DNA of 63,464 nt, filler included, from Hyphochytrium catenoides (taxonomy: Eukaryota; Protista; Hyphochytriomycota): assembly GCA_900088475.1 (NCBI GenBank). It is 4 parts of 4 records of this genome, joined end to end, with 100 filler letters (N's around TTAATTAATTAA, not from the genome) between each part and the next. Parts side by side here need not be neighbours in the genome. Positions count along the whole stretch, not along the records: positions 1 to 26,400 come from FLMG01000216.1; 3 more parts are not named here. One strand, 5' to 3'. Numbering within the stretch: position 1 is the first letter of the stretch; the number at the start of each line of letters is the position of its first letter. The notes under the pieces are model-generated. The model had not been told where the DNA came from and made no database searches. It saw nothing but the letters and a program-made list of their open reading frames with translations. Both the position numbers and the translations under genes were made by a program. Positions 12,085-24,923 of the stretch are shown here, one piece after another.

Positions 12085-15000
12085 AGTGACAAAGAAGCCC
12101 CGTAGGCGGAGAAAGACAAGCATGAACGCAGAGAGCTGAGTTGTAGCAGGGGCGGAGACGCGTGGAAAAAGGCACTGCGCAGGAGCATCTTGGGATGGGA
12201 CAAGAAGAGGGGACAAAGAGAGAAAGGAATGCTGGGCACGAGAAGGTTAATGCCAACCATCTGCGGACCACAACTGACCGCAGAATTTTCGCCCATCTCT
12301 GCTGAATTTTGCTCACGTACTATGCTATCTCTCTCTCTCTTTCCCTCCCTCTGTTTCTCTTTCTCTCTCTCATTTCTCTTCGTCTATCTCTTATCCGTAG
12401 GCGGTGGTGTCTTACAGGCACTCCCATACAGAACAGCTTGACGGATCTGTATGGCCTGATGCTTTTCCTCCGACACGAGCCTTGGAGTGACGGCGTTTGG
12501 TGGTCCAAAGTTATCGCGCGGCCTCATGAGCAAGGTGATTCTGCAGCCATTGAAAGACTGAGAAAAATGTTAGGACCCATCATGCTGAGAAGGTAATGCG
12601 AGCTGGCGGCTTGTTTTCTCTTGTTGGCTTCCTTCCCCTCATCTCTACCATCCCCTCCACACGGCGTCGTTTGTCTCTATTCACATTGTCTCTCTCTCTC
12701 CACTCCCTCTCCCTCCCTCGCTCTCTATGTCTCTGTCTCTCTCTCCTCTATCACTAGTATGGACTTTCTCTCGTTATGTGCTCATTTGCCATCTGGCCTC
12801 GCTAATCAACAGAGTCTGTTCTTCTCTTCCTGCTGCCAGAGTCTAGTCTCCTTTTCCTAAATTCTAGGACTATTGCAATGATTTCTGTTTGCATCAGCCT
12901 ACCATAACCTTACTCTTTCTCCTCGTTTGTCTCTCCCTTCACTGCAACTCTATCATCTCTTAGAACGAAGGCAACCAAGGACTCCGAAGGGAATCCAATC
13001 GTCTCTCTTCCCAAAAAGACGACAGAAATTGTCACGCTCTCTCTTTCTGAAGCCGAGAGAGACTTCTATCAAGCAGTTTATAAGAAGAGCAAGTCAGAGT
13101 TTAACGGCTACGTTACCAGCGGGACGGTGATGACAAGTTATATAAAGGTTCTCTCCCTTCTTCTGAGGTTGAGACAAGCGTGTGACCATCCATTTCTTGT
13201 CCTTGGAAGAAGACTGGCTGAAGCTGAGCAAGCTAGAGAAGAAGAAGAGAGAAGGGCGCAAGCCGCCCTGTCATCGGCTTCATGTTCTCTTCCCGCATCC
13301 TCGAGTTCTGGCTTGGAAGGGTTAGAGGCCGTCTCGATCAGTGAATTGTACGCAGAGTTTCAGGCCAAAGCAAGAAAGAGTCAGGTCGGGGGCACAGGGA
13401 AGCCAGTTGAAGGAATAGATGAGGGGAAGGAGGTAAGAAAGGCTAACCACTCCTCTCCTGAATCTCTCCGCGTGGGAGTGGAGGTCGTTCTCTCTTTCTC
13501 TCTCTCTCTTTTTTTCTTTTCCCTCTTTGCCTGCCCGCTCCTTTTCCTGGTGCTTTCTCTCCATTCTGCTATCGTCTACGGTTAGGTCCATAGCGTATCT
13601 GGGTGCTCTTATACTTCCATTCTAGATATCTCCTGAAGTCCTCATCGCTTCTCTCTCTCGTTGCAGGCTCTACCTTCTCTCTCGCAGAAGTTTGTCCGTT
13701 CAATGGTGGAGTCACTGCAGAAGGAAGGGTTAGAGGCACAGGAGTGTCCAATCTGTCTTGACATCCCCGATCGTCCTGTCCTGACACCCTGCGCACATCT
13801 CATCTGCATGAACTGCCTGCAAGGATCGATGGACTATCAGGGACAAGACCAGGCAGAATGTCCGGTATGTTGTGTCAAGCTCTGCTATCTTTCTATCGTT
13901 GCCTGCTCCTCTGTCAGTTGGTTCTCTCTCTCTCTCTCAGTCGGGGCTCTCTCTCTTCCCTCTCCTTCTTATTCACTCTTTCTTGCTCTCTTTCCTCTTT
14001 CTTGCCGTTTGGCTTTTGTGTGCTATCTTCTTCCAGCGGCCTTAGGCATGGCAGATTGTTGAATGCAGTGGCTTCCTTTCTTTCTCTCTTCATCAAATCA
14101 TGGCGCTTAGAGAGGCTCCTCTGCAGGTATGCCGTACCGCGATTGAGCGCAGCGCGGTCATTGAGGTAAAGGCGGACGAGAAGAAGGTCAACAAAGAAAA
14201 GAAGCAGAAGTCTGCGAAGAGGAAGAGACGACGAGCAACGTCCTCTTCTTCATCTTCCTCGGACTATGACGACTCAGACGAGGAAAGTGAGATAGAAAAA
14301 GAGAAGGACGAGGAAGAAGACCAGGATGCCATGGCGCGCTTTATTCCCAGTACAAAGCTCTTACAACTGCAGAAGGATCTTAATCTTTTGAGAGACAGAG
14401 CGGCAGAGACAGAAGAAAACCAAGAGAAGACGGTTGTTTTCTCTCAATGGACCTACATGCTGGACCTGGTAGAGATTCTTCTGAAGAAAGAGAACTTCCC
14501 CTTTGTACGACTCGATGGGACGATGCCTCACAAGAAGAGAGCACACTCTCTCCGTCAGTTTTCCTCTGACCCGTCCTGCGTGGTGATGCTTATCAGCTTG
14601 AAGGCTGGAGGTGTGGGGCTCAACCTCACATCAGCTTGCAACGTCATCATGCTTGACCCCTGGTGGTAAGGGCTCCCTCTCCTCTCTTCTGTTTCCCTAC
14701 TTCTATCACTTCCCATAAACTCGTCCGCTCTTCTCTTTCTCTCTTCTCTCCTGTCGTTAGAGGAGCTGTATCCCGTATCCCTCTCTCTCTTAAAAACGAA
14801 CTGCCTTCCTTTACTCTTCTTCTCTACTCTCTTCTCCCCCCTTTCTTTCTTTTTCTCGGTCCTTCCCATTGTGTTCTTCCAACTCTGTCCGACGTCTGAC
14901 AGACTTTGGTCCTTTGTTTCGCTGCAGGAATCCGGCAATAGAGGAGCAAGCGATTGACAGAGTCCATCGACTTGGTCAGATGAAGGATGTGCATGTCAAA

Positions 15001-15150
15001 CGCTATATTGTCCGTGACAGTGTGGAGGAGATGATGCTCAAGCTGCAGGAGAGAAAGAGAGTTCTGGCTAACAGTGCGCTAGCGGTGGGAGAGCAGAACA
15101 AGAAAGAAGCCGCTCTCTCTCTCGACGATCTTCTCGCTTTCTTCCGCTGA
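10117..15150 (+). CDS. RAD5: Rad5/HLTF-like SNF2 helicase and RING E3 ligase with N-terminal NZF finger and HIRAN-like domain
   Basis: Exons 10117 (or ATG 10030)-11999, 12401-12592, 12964-13432, 13667-13864, 14127-14665, 14928-15150, all GT-AG and in phase. Motifs [19 protein letters not shown]...LAPLL (HIRAN-like), [47 protein letters not shown]...PCAHLIC..C...[40 protein letters not shown]. Confidence 0.93.
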
Positions 15151-15330
15151 ATTGTCAGCAAGACTGACGAGGAAGTAGAGCGAGGACCAGGGACACAAAG
15201 AGTGAGGAAGAACATAGTCCTAGAGAAGGCCAGAAAAGGAAGAGCATATGGGAGGGCGGAGAAGCCGGGAGAAGAGAGAGAGAGAGAGAGTGGCAGAGCT
15301 TCCTCGTTCCACGCCTCTCTGTTGTATGTA

Positions 15331-16219
15331 TTATTGTGCCCTGGCTCCCGCTTGCTGTTGTTCAATAAATGACTGAAGTGGACTGCTGATGCCTGCGTGC
15401 GTGGGGATATAGTGCCCGCCGCTGTGGGGAACTAGGATAGGAGAGAGAAAGTAGGAAGCGAGCTCCTGGCTTTGCTGTAGCATTAGAGACAGAGAAATGG
15501 CGGAGAGGACGGCGAGAGCCATGATAAGAGAGAAAGAGAGAGAGAGACAGATCGAGGGAGACAGAGAGAGAGAAAAAGAGGGAGAGAGGAGGATGTTGCT
15601 TTGTTAACATGAGGTATGCTTCGTCAAATTGTACGTCTGTGACAGACGGTACGCTTAACATAGACAAACACAATGTCTGGGACGAGAGCAAGAAAGATGA
15701 AAAAGCAAAGACTGTAAGGAAGCGGACAGAAAGAAGGATTCATAGGACAAAATGACCATAGGCGCGACAGCTCTAGCGAAGGGTCGCAAGATAGACCACA
15801 GGAATGAAAGCAAGGTAAGAGAAGAGAGAGGGAAAGAGAGAGAGAGAGTGAGAGTGATAGAGGAGAAAGGGAAAAAATAGAGAAAGAGATCTCCTTCATA
15901 ATCCGTCCTCCCTTACCTCCGCTGTGATGAGCTCATCCTTTTCTCCAAAGATGTGAAAGGAGGGCACTGGTAGAGGCTGCATCTGAGCCAACTCCGAGCG
16001 GAGGGAGGGATCAGAAGGGACGGCGCCCGAAATGAGGACGCAGAAACGGAAGAAAGATTCTGGCACGAGCATTAATGTGAAGTTGAAGACCCCGGAGAAA
16101 TGACGAGAGGGAGAGAAAGAAAGAGGGAGAGAGTGGGGCGAGAGAGATGAGAGAGAGAAGAGAGAGAAAGAGAGAGAAAAAGAGAGAGAAACAGATAGGG
16201 ATATTAACAGATAGAAAGC

Positions 16220-16262
<43 letters not shown>

Positions 16263-17527
16263 GTTGGTTAACCAATGAGCGAAGTTAGAGAATAGCCACC
16301 ATCCAAATATTGGAGCTAGGAGAGAACCAGAGCTACCCAAGAGAAGAGGTGCCTCAGAAGATAGAGACCGAACACAAAGGCAAGAGAGAAAAGCTCTAAA
16401 AGATAGCTGGAAGGCGCAGGATATGCACCTTCTTCCTTTCCCAATCTCTGTCTCATCTCTGCCTCTCTCGCAAGGATAATGGAGGCCATCATTGCCCCTT
16501 GACTGAAGCCAAAGATGCCATCAAACGGTCCTGACCCAGTGAGAAGCGACATAGAGAGAACGTAAGCCTGATGGAGACTCCAAGAGGAGTCAGTAAGATA
16601 GAGTCACCCTCAATGCAAGAGGCAAAGTACCCGGAGAGACAAAAGAAACTCTAAGTAGCCTCTCTAGGGATCTCAGCATAGGGAGAGAGAAGGATCCACA
16701 TATGTTTAGAGGGCAAGGTCAGAAAGAAGTAAAAGGACAGGAGAGAAACAGAAAGACGGAGGAGAAGAGCAAGAGAGAGAGAGCGCGTCACGAGAGATAG
16801 ACAGACAGGAGAGGAGAGAAAGTGAGAGAAGAACTGCGAAAGACAGACAGATAGAGAGAGCGACAGACAGATAGAGGGCGAGAGAGGGGCGAGAGGAGGC
16901 GAAATAGAGAGAACTTTGAGAGCAAAGATGGAGGCAAACATCAGAATTAGCTCGGAGAAGTGATGCACGCTACGTGCTCATCCAAGCTCATAGGTACCTT
17001 GAGCCCTTTTGAACTCTTCCACGGCTCTGATGGACTCCTCAAGCAGCTCATAGCGGTACTCGGGAGGAGCCTCATCTGTTGAGGACACAGCTGTGCGACG
17101 GTACCAAGCAAGAGCTTTTCCTCCCTCAGAGTCCTCGAGGGCCCTATGAGGGCAGCCGACAGAATGGATGGACCGCGAAGAAATATTCAGACAGAACTAT
17201 GGAATACAATGTGTTTAGGTTGCATGCAGTCTAGACGTACCTCTCCTGCTTTGCATTGTCTCCCTCTACATCTCTCTCTTTCTGTGAGTCCTCAGCATTC
17301 AGGAAGCTGGGAAGGGGCGGCGCCACATGCGGAGCATCCATGAAGACTAGAAATGCAAGCCATTCCAAAAGTTAGCTGGGGTGACATGAACAAGGGAATA
17401 GAAGGGCAATCTCTTTCTAACCAAATTCGGCAGAGTTCTTGAGCTTTCGTCTAAAGCCGCCCATCTTCCCGCGAAGCTTCACTGCATTTTGAGCATACCC
17501 ATGGAGGCAAAGAATGCGAACCACCAT
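15331..17527 (-). CDS. FSH1/OVCA2-family serine hydrolase
   Basis: Exons 17527-17422, 17346-17241, 17143-16998, 16530-16429, 16059-15917 and 15474-15331 join in phase. Motifs RILCLHGYAQN, FMDAPH, GPFDGIFGFSQG (Ser), HIFGEKD (Asp), HSGGHYIP (His). Confidence 0.92.
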
Positions 17528-18370
17528 CGCTCTCGAGTGCCTCAGGGAAACTACCAAGGTCTGCCGAACTCTAAACAGCCGTCTAATGCACGTTCATAAT
17601 TCGAACTGACAGATGAAGCCCATTGTACTCGATAAGCTGCTTAAGAGTTTCGGTCCCTTCCTGGAATTATAAGCCTCTAAGAGCGGTCCTGGACTCATCT
17701 CATCGTGCACCTAGCCGTGCTTACCGAGCGGACCTTTGGCGGAGGCCGTGATCTGAAGGAAGCGGGTGATGATGAAGATTTTTCTTTTGTCTGAAAAGCT
17801 TCACCAAAAAGCTTCAGTAAGTCACTAAGTTACTTGAAGTCTGAGGCCGGTACCGAATATTAGCGCCTTACTTTTGGCAAGCCATAGGCTACAGTTATCG
17901 ATTGTAAATTCAATCTAGTTATCTATTTATGTGGAAGAGCTTATGCTACGTTACCGGTTCATTTTTACAAGTGAGAAGAACGGAAAAGACGCAGTGGAGG
18001 CGTCCCAAGATTTATAAGGCAAAGATGCTCCCAGTGATGATTGATAGCAGATGACAGGGCAAAGGATGCTGGTTGAGAGCGGCCAGATCGACGAAGGAGA
18101 GCCCAGCAACCCGGCCGAGGACAGAGAAGGAGAGAGCGACGAGTAAGAGAGAGAGGAGGAGGATAAAGGGAGAGAGGAGAACTTCACGTTAGATTAGGAT
18201 TCCAGAGGAAGAGAGTATCGAGAGAGCTCCTTCTTGTCTGAGACCTTCAGGGAAGCTATCAAGCGGAACGTAGCGGCAAGAAGGTGGAGCACCAACGGGT
18301 TTGGAACATATTGTCATTGTGAAGCGGAGGACCATTTAGGTCAGAGAGAGGCGAGGTAGGGTAAAGAGCA

Positions 18371-19450
18371 ATGTATCAACAGCCTGCAGGAGTGCAGGTG
18401 AGAAAGCCTGAAGGGATTCGGAAGAAGCCCTCCCAGCCCTCCAATGTAGAGAGGTATCTGCAGGTAACAATCATAAGAGAGCGAAAGGCCTGAAGAACTA
18501 ACCTATCCTTTATCAGTTCGGCCCCTTGTTGACGGCTTGTCTCCCTGTCCTTGCCTCTTATTGTGCCTACATCCTTCCTCATGGCATTCTCCATAGTCTG
18601 ACCTCCATATGTCTCTCTGCAGCGAGAAGCCCAGCTCGAGGACGCCTCTAAGGTCGTCAGGGCCAATGAAAAGATGGTTGCTGCTGCCCAATGGGAAATA
18701 GAAGCGATGAAGAAGCTTAGCGTTTGTGAGAGGACCAGAGAGGCAAAACGGTAATGTTGACGTCTTAGTTGCTGATACTTGCTCTTTTGGCTGCTCGTAC
18801 CTGCCATGGTCCCTCTCGTGTTATCGATCTTTGCCTCTCATCTCGGACTATCTCTGTCTCTCAGCTTTTCTATCTGTCCTCGTCTCCGTTCTTGTCTTGT
18901 CCTTGTTGCTCTGCTTCTCCTTGATCTTCTTCATCTCTGCTCTATCGGTACTGCGTTTGCATGGTTAGCGGCTTCCTTTCTCGGTTACCCTTGCCTTTGT
19001 TGTGCTGCGCTCTTACCATATAATGGTCGTCATGAGATATTGGTGCGATATTACTTCCCTTCAGTCTCAGTTTTATGCGTCGTTGAGCCGCAAGTTTGAC
19101 ACTAAGCTCGATTAGTCCCTTCTGCGATCTCCGCTAGTATCGCTTCTCTCCTTCGCTCAGACCCGATTTCTCATAATTCTCGCTTCACTTTCTCCAACTA
19201 GCACTGACGAGGAGTTCGAGGCACAGAATGAGGAACTGAAAGCACATCGCAGGGCAAAGCTTCTCAAGTTCTATCAGCAACAGAAAGAGCGGTAGGCAGG
19301 CGGCTGATCCTTTTCTTTGTCCCACTCCATTCTTCTGCAACACAGTTTAATAGCATAGCACTGCAAACCTTATTCTCACCTAAACATCTCTCCAGATGGG
19401 ACAAAGAGCTCAGCGCTCGGGGCCTAGCTGTCAGCCGGGACAGACTTTAG
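18371..19450 (+). CDS. CFAP141 (C1orf189)-like small ciliary protein, 121 aa
   Basis: Exons 18371-18463, 18623-18750, 19202-19291, 19396-19450 (93+128+90+55 nt, GT-AG, phases match). Product: MYQQPAG...VERYLQREAQLEDASKVVRANEKMVAAAQWEIE...ELKAHRRAKLLKFYQQQKERWDKELSARGLAVSRDRL*. The C-terminus fits the RRxxLxxL/F...ELxxxGxA...R pattern of CFAP141. Confidence 0.72.
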
Positions 19451-20223
19451 CCCTGGAGGACTTGGATGTGACGCAGCGGCGACGGGACGTCCGCTGCGCA
19501 AAAGACTCAACAACCCCTTCCGCTAACCGTGGCTTTACCATGCGATACCTAGAGAACCTTTCCCAGCCTTTCTCTGCCGTCAGTGCGTCGTAGCAGGAGC
19601 ATGTAGCCACCGAATTAGCAAATTTTTTATCGCAATGACTACTGTTGATAAATATGCAGGCGTTGACCTACGGAAACATAGAGGACGGTGAAGGCTGTTC
19701 TTGAGTAGCAGTTGCTAGTGTTGACAGAAGCTCAAACGTATGTCAAGTTGACCTGGCCGTTCTGTCGTGAAGTGTACATAACGATAACAAGGTGCCACGC
19801 ATGATTAGATTAGGATAGAAGCGTCTGTCAGAGCGAATCTAGGAAGGGCAAGCATCATTCAATCTATGCGAAGGGGTTAAGCTGCTGCAGTGACTTTGAA
19901 CCAGCACCCCTAATAACGTTACTCTTCAGCCCTCTTAGTGCCACGCAGAGGAACGACTTTGCGGTAAAGCTTCTAATGGCTCCCATCTGAGGTCTGAGTC
20001 TGCTAGCCTAATGTCTTGCTTAAGGAGAGACCTAGTCCACCTATTTGACATCAAACTATCTCCCAACGCTCGGTTATTAGACAGAGATACTACGTTCAAG
20101 CTTAGAGTTCGCTGCATATGCTACTGTTCCTCTTCATCAAGAAGTCAAAGCTTTCTCCACTCCGCCGTTATGATTGATGCCCTTAGCTCGTCCCTTCTGT
20201 CTTGGCTTGGAGAGAGTTTGCTG

Positions 20224-21497
20224 CTAATGATGCACTAAGAAGATTCTTATTTCTCCCTCGATGATGCGCCTAATCGTGTCAAACGTGTCATTGATAAGGA
20301 AACCAGTTACGTAGTCAACCGCTTTTCGAAGCTGAGCGTCGCCATCGGTCACCGCAGCAAGAATACGGAAAAAAGTAGCCTGCGATAAATGGCCTACGTC
20401 ACTGTCTGAAGAGGCATATGCACCGTATATATGGATTCGTAGACGCTTTCTCATGATCCGGGGAAAGTGTACAAGTCTGCCATCAAGGTTAATCTTCTTT
20501 GTCCCCCAAGAAAGGAATGTCACGTTCTCTGTAGAGAGGATAAAAGAAACTGCAAAGTCAACTGCTCTTTTATCGTATCTTCTTACTGAGCGCCGCATCG
20601 CTCGAAGGGCTGACCCCTCCGAAAGCGTGGTGAAGTCCCGGCGTCCAGCTACAACGTATGAGAGCTTATGCAAAACTGTTTGCCACTACTTTCCTTCAGC
20701 TTCTCCAACTGTCGATAAGTCAGAGACTGGCATAAAATTGCTCGAAGAACCCGCTTCTCAACGGAGCTTTTCTTGGCCGTTATAAAGCAATCCAGCGTGT
20801 TCGACAGGAGATTGTTAGTTCCATCTTCACCGGGTATTGCGACGGGTCCAGCAGCCGCTCCACTTTGTCTCTGATGGAAAGCCTCTAGAGAACAAGCAGC
20901 CGCTTCTTCTCCGCATAACAACGTAGCCACTGCTTTAAGTATAGCCTGATATACGTTGAGGACAGGAGACATCTTGGAGCTTTCTTTTTCCAATTCACTC
21001 CGCCAGGCATCTGGGCTGGTACGGCTCTCTTTGCCAGGGAGTTTTTTACGCACATAAGTTTTCAACTCCTGGAGGCCCAATACATCTAACAGATGAAGAA
21101 CTGTGGCCACGGGTGAGCCTGACAAGCCACTGTCCGTCCTAGGAGCACCAGGTTGTTCCTCACTTCTATCCACAAGAACTGAGTTTCTCTGAAAGTCGAC
21201 AGCACTGCTATCAGTGGCTTCTTCACCCTGCTGCCCACTAAAGAAGCCTGGCTTGCGAAGCTGATTAGCACTTTTCCTCCTTTTGCGCTGTCTGCCTTGT
21301 CCCGATGTGCTCCCAGCGGCATCATCTCGTTTAGGACGTCCCCTTTTGCGAGACATCTTGACAGCTACTGGGACTCCGTCATGGTCACAACCACATCTGC
21401 TGCACAGTAGGCAGCGAGAACAGCGCGGGACCTTACATGAACAGATCAATCGCGGCGGCGGTTGCACCTCCTCCTCGCTGTTCGATAATGAGGCCAT
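20224..21497 (-). mobile_element. Frameshifted, truncated transposase-like relic (tentatively the N-terminal half of a Sola3-type transposase)
   Basis: Intronless ORF 21497-20649 with Cys/His cluster CSCKVPRCSRCLLCSRCGCDH and AT-hook KRGRPKR. It overlaps out of frame with ORF 20673-20224 (FILSTENVTFLSWGTK...FPRIMRK...LSQATFFRIL...RKAVDY). No catalytic DDE region follows. Family name from recalled motif similarity only. Confidence 0.45.
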
Positions 21498-22338
21498 TTC
21501 TACTTAGAACTTTGGGTCTTAGACAATCTGAGATGACGATCGAGAAAAGAGGATCTATGTCAGCAGGGACCGCCGACGGTAGACGCGAAGATGATAGAAG
21601 AAATGTTGCATTAGTCTAGGAGAGCTTCAATAGCATCAGATTTGAGCTCCGTGGATTGGAGCTTTTCTATACAGTAAAACTACCATAGAAAAGGTGCGGC
21701 GGCCACTTGGGTATTTTGAGGCCAGATTGACCAGAGCTGGGGACCTAAACTTTGATAGAACTCATCAACCCATCCAGATATAAGCATGCCCGATACATCG
21801 TTCTATTCCTGATTGTATAAGGATTGTTAGTATATCCACGGAATACAGCCTTTTGTCGTTCCGGATATTTCGTTTCGAAACTCTGCCCCCTATCTTGTTG
21901 TAGTTGACTCAGATAACTGTTGATAAAGAAAAGACAAAGAAACACTTCAGCATGACCTTTCGAACTTCAACTTCAGTTCTTAGTTATCGAGAAGCGATAA
22001 CCAATTCAAAATAACCATCTTAGTCTTGGCCATGGGTGTCCACAGTTTCCCGTAGAGACCTCAAATATAGGGAAGCCTAAGGTAGGAAAGGACCTTTAAA
22101 GGTTGGTCTCCCATGGACAGAGTTACAGCTTCTGGTTTCTGTTCGAAAGAAGGAAGAGCTTTGAGTTCTATTTTCGGGCGGGAAGTCTTTGCTTCTTTCT
22201 CTCTCTCTCCTCTCTTGTCAATCTCTTTCTATTGTCTCTCTGTCTCTGTCAATTCTGTCTCCCTTGTCTCCCTTTAGAAATACTAAACCTCCAATATATA
22301 GTACTGGCTCTTTCTCGTCTCTCTGTCTCTCTCTCCTG

Positions 22339-22377
<39 letters not shown>

Positions 22378-22570
22378 TCCCCACCCCCCCTTTCTTTTCC
22401 TCTCTCTGTTTTTTCTGTTCTCTCTTGGCTTTTCACCTCCTGTTGTATCTCCAGCCTCTACATCTCTTACCTATTCCCTCCTGCTTTCTTTATAAATGCC
22501 TCTTGTCCATGAGCTGTGTGAGACTCTCCGGGATCATCTTTCTCCCTGCCCATAAAGCGGCTCAGCTATT

Positions 22571-22609
<39 letters not shown>

Positions 22610-22982
22610 CAAAAGCTTCATCTTCCGTTCCCTTTATCTGTCCCACAGAGCGCTTATATCTTCCCAACATAGCATCCCCACACACCTGGAGCTGGTGGCG
22701 GGCAAGGATCATCTCTGACTTTCTTCTCCCGCTCGAGCTCATTGTCTCTAGCTCTGGACGTCTCTTCCCAGCCAAGACTGCCCAGCATTGGGCCTCTTCC
22801 TTTTCGGGACTACAGCTCCAGTCGCGTGTGTGTGTCTCTCTCTCTTCGTCTATCTGTCTTTCTCCCCCTGGTCTCTTGACTTTTTTCTCTCTCTCTTTCT
22901 TCTTTCTCTCTGTCTCTCCCTTAACGTCCTTTTGTTTCTCTCTCTCTCTCTCACTGTCTCTCTCTCTTCTTCTTCACAAGTG

Positions 22983-23298
22983 ATGAATCTTCAGCGTCAA
23001 CATCCTGCGGTGGAAGCTCTTTCGTCTCTATCTCTCAAGGGTTCTCTGTCTCACTTGGAAGAAGGAGGAGGGAAGGTAGCGGATGCAGGAGGAGGCACGG
23101 GCAGGAGACGCACCTCTTCCTCTCTCTCTCACTCGTCCTTGGAAGTCGTGGACGGTCCTCTCTTCTTCAAGGTCCTAAAGCCTGATATTATAGCTAGGGA
23201 AAGTGCCCTGTACGAGGCGCCAGAGGGTAAGACGCCACGCTCTGCTCTCTTCCCTCTCTCTCTCCGTCGCAGATGGTCTGTCCTTTCCTGCTCGCCTC

Positions 23299-23331
<33 letters not shown>

Positions 23332-23867
23332 CCTCTCCTCTCTCGTATTTTCCAGGGAAAGCTCTCTTACTTGTCCACCTCTTGTTTCCCGCTGGGGTGC
23401 TTCCATCCGTCCCTACCTCAGCTCTTAGAATCATTTTCACTGCTTCTGTACTCTACTGTCTCTCTCCTCCTCGCTCTCTTTCCTCTCTCTTCCCACTCTC
23501 TCTCCTAAAAACTTTCCCTCGTCCTCCTCTGATCTCGTTGGCGTCTTCCTATTTCACTCATTTAATGGTCGCCCCCTTTCTCTCTTTCTCTCCTCCCTGT
23601 CTCTCTCTCTCCATCCTCCGCTTGTCTCTCTCTCTCTCTCTCTTCCTTCACCCTCTCTTTACTCTTCCTCAGTGGATGGACCGGCTCGGCAGGAAGGAGA
23701 AGTGGTAGAAATCTCGCGTGCTGTCCTTCAGCGTGACGGTCGGAGGTTCCTGCAGCTGGCATGGGGAGAGGGCTGGCTCTATGATAAGGATGAGGAAGGA
23801 AACACTGTCCTTCTTGATCTAGATGGAGGTGCGCAGAGAGAATGGGACTATTTTGTCCGCTACATCC

Positions 23868-23908
<41 letters not shown>

Positions 23909-24884
23909 CCCTTTGTCTCTACCTCTGAAGCCCTCCATCCATCTCTGCCTTTTCTATCGGTCTCTACCCGAAGTTTTCTCTTATTCTTTCTGTGTGTCTC
24001 TTCTTCTCGGGCGATCTACTGTTGTCTCTTCCTCTAGTTTCTCTCGCCTGTAGGTCAGCTTATAGCTGTCCTCGTCATTTTTCAGTCCCCAAGCTCTGTG
24101 TTCATAATGAGATCCGTCAGCATTTCTTCTGTCTGTGTGTCTCTCTCTCTTTCTTGATTGTCTCTCTGTTTTCTTGATTGTCTCTCTCTTTTGAGGGGAG
24201 TGGTATGCTTTCCCTCCTCGCGGCGGCCTGACTTTCAAGCTTACTGTCTTCTCTCTCCTAAGTCTCTTCTTTCTTTCTACCTAGCTCAACCACATCTCTC
24301 TTCCTTTGTTTCCTGCTCTCTGCCGTGTGCCGTCTAGTGACATTACACCTTTTCTCTCTCTTCTCTCTCTTTTTCTCTTTCTTTCTTTCTTAAATAGTTC
24401 CTCGGACGTCAGAAGGTGACTTCTTCTATAAAGTTAAGACTTTGACGGAGCTGCGCCGGGGCCCAGACTATGCGGCCATAGTACGGCACACAGATACTGC
24501 AGACGCCAAAAGGTTGCTTGCTGTCGCTGTCTCTCCTCGCTTTCTCTCTCTGTCTCTCTTTGAGTTTTTATCTTCATCTCTTTGGCTCTTACTCCCATGG
24601 ATGTCTCTCTTCCCTTGTCCTGCAGTTGATGGCCTCTGCTTCTTCGGGTCTCCTATAAAAAAGTCTAACTCCTTGCGCCTCTTTCACTAGATTCTCATCT
24701 CGTCCCCATGTTTTGCCTCTTTCTCCTCGGAAAACCGTTGCCTATTTCCTTTATCTCACTTCTCTCTTTCTTTTTTTGCACTGCAATATCCAAGGTCCAC
24801 GTTTGTCCTCACTCTTCCTTTACCAAGTGTCTCCTCCTCTTCTTTCGTCGAATCTTATCTTTTCTGCTTTACGTCTCTGCTAAG

Positions 24885-24923
<39 letters not shown>

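Noticed and set aside
22090-22103. ACCTTTAAAGGT palindrome as a transposon terminus
   Set aside because: No matching inverted partner was found in the window.
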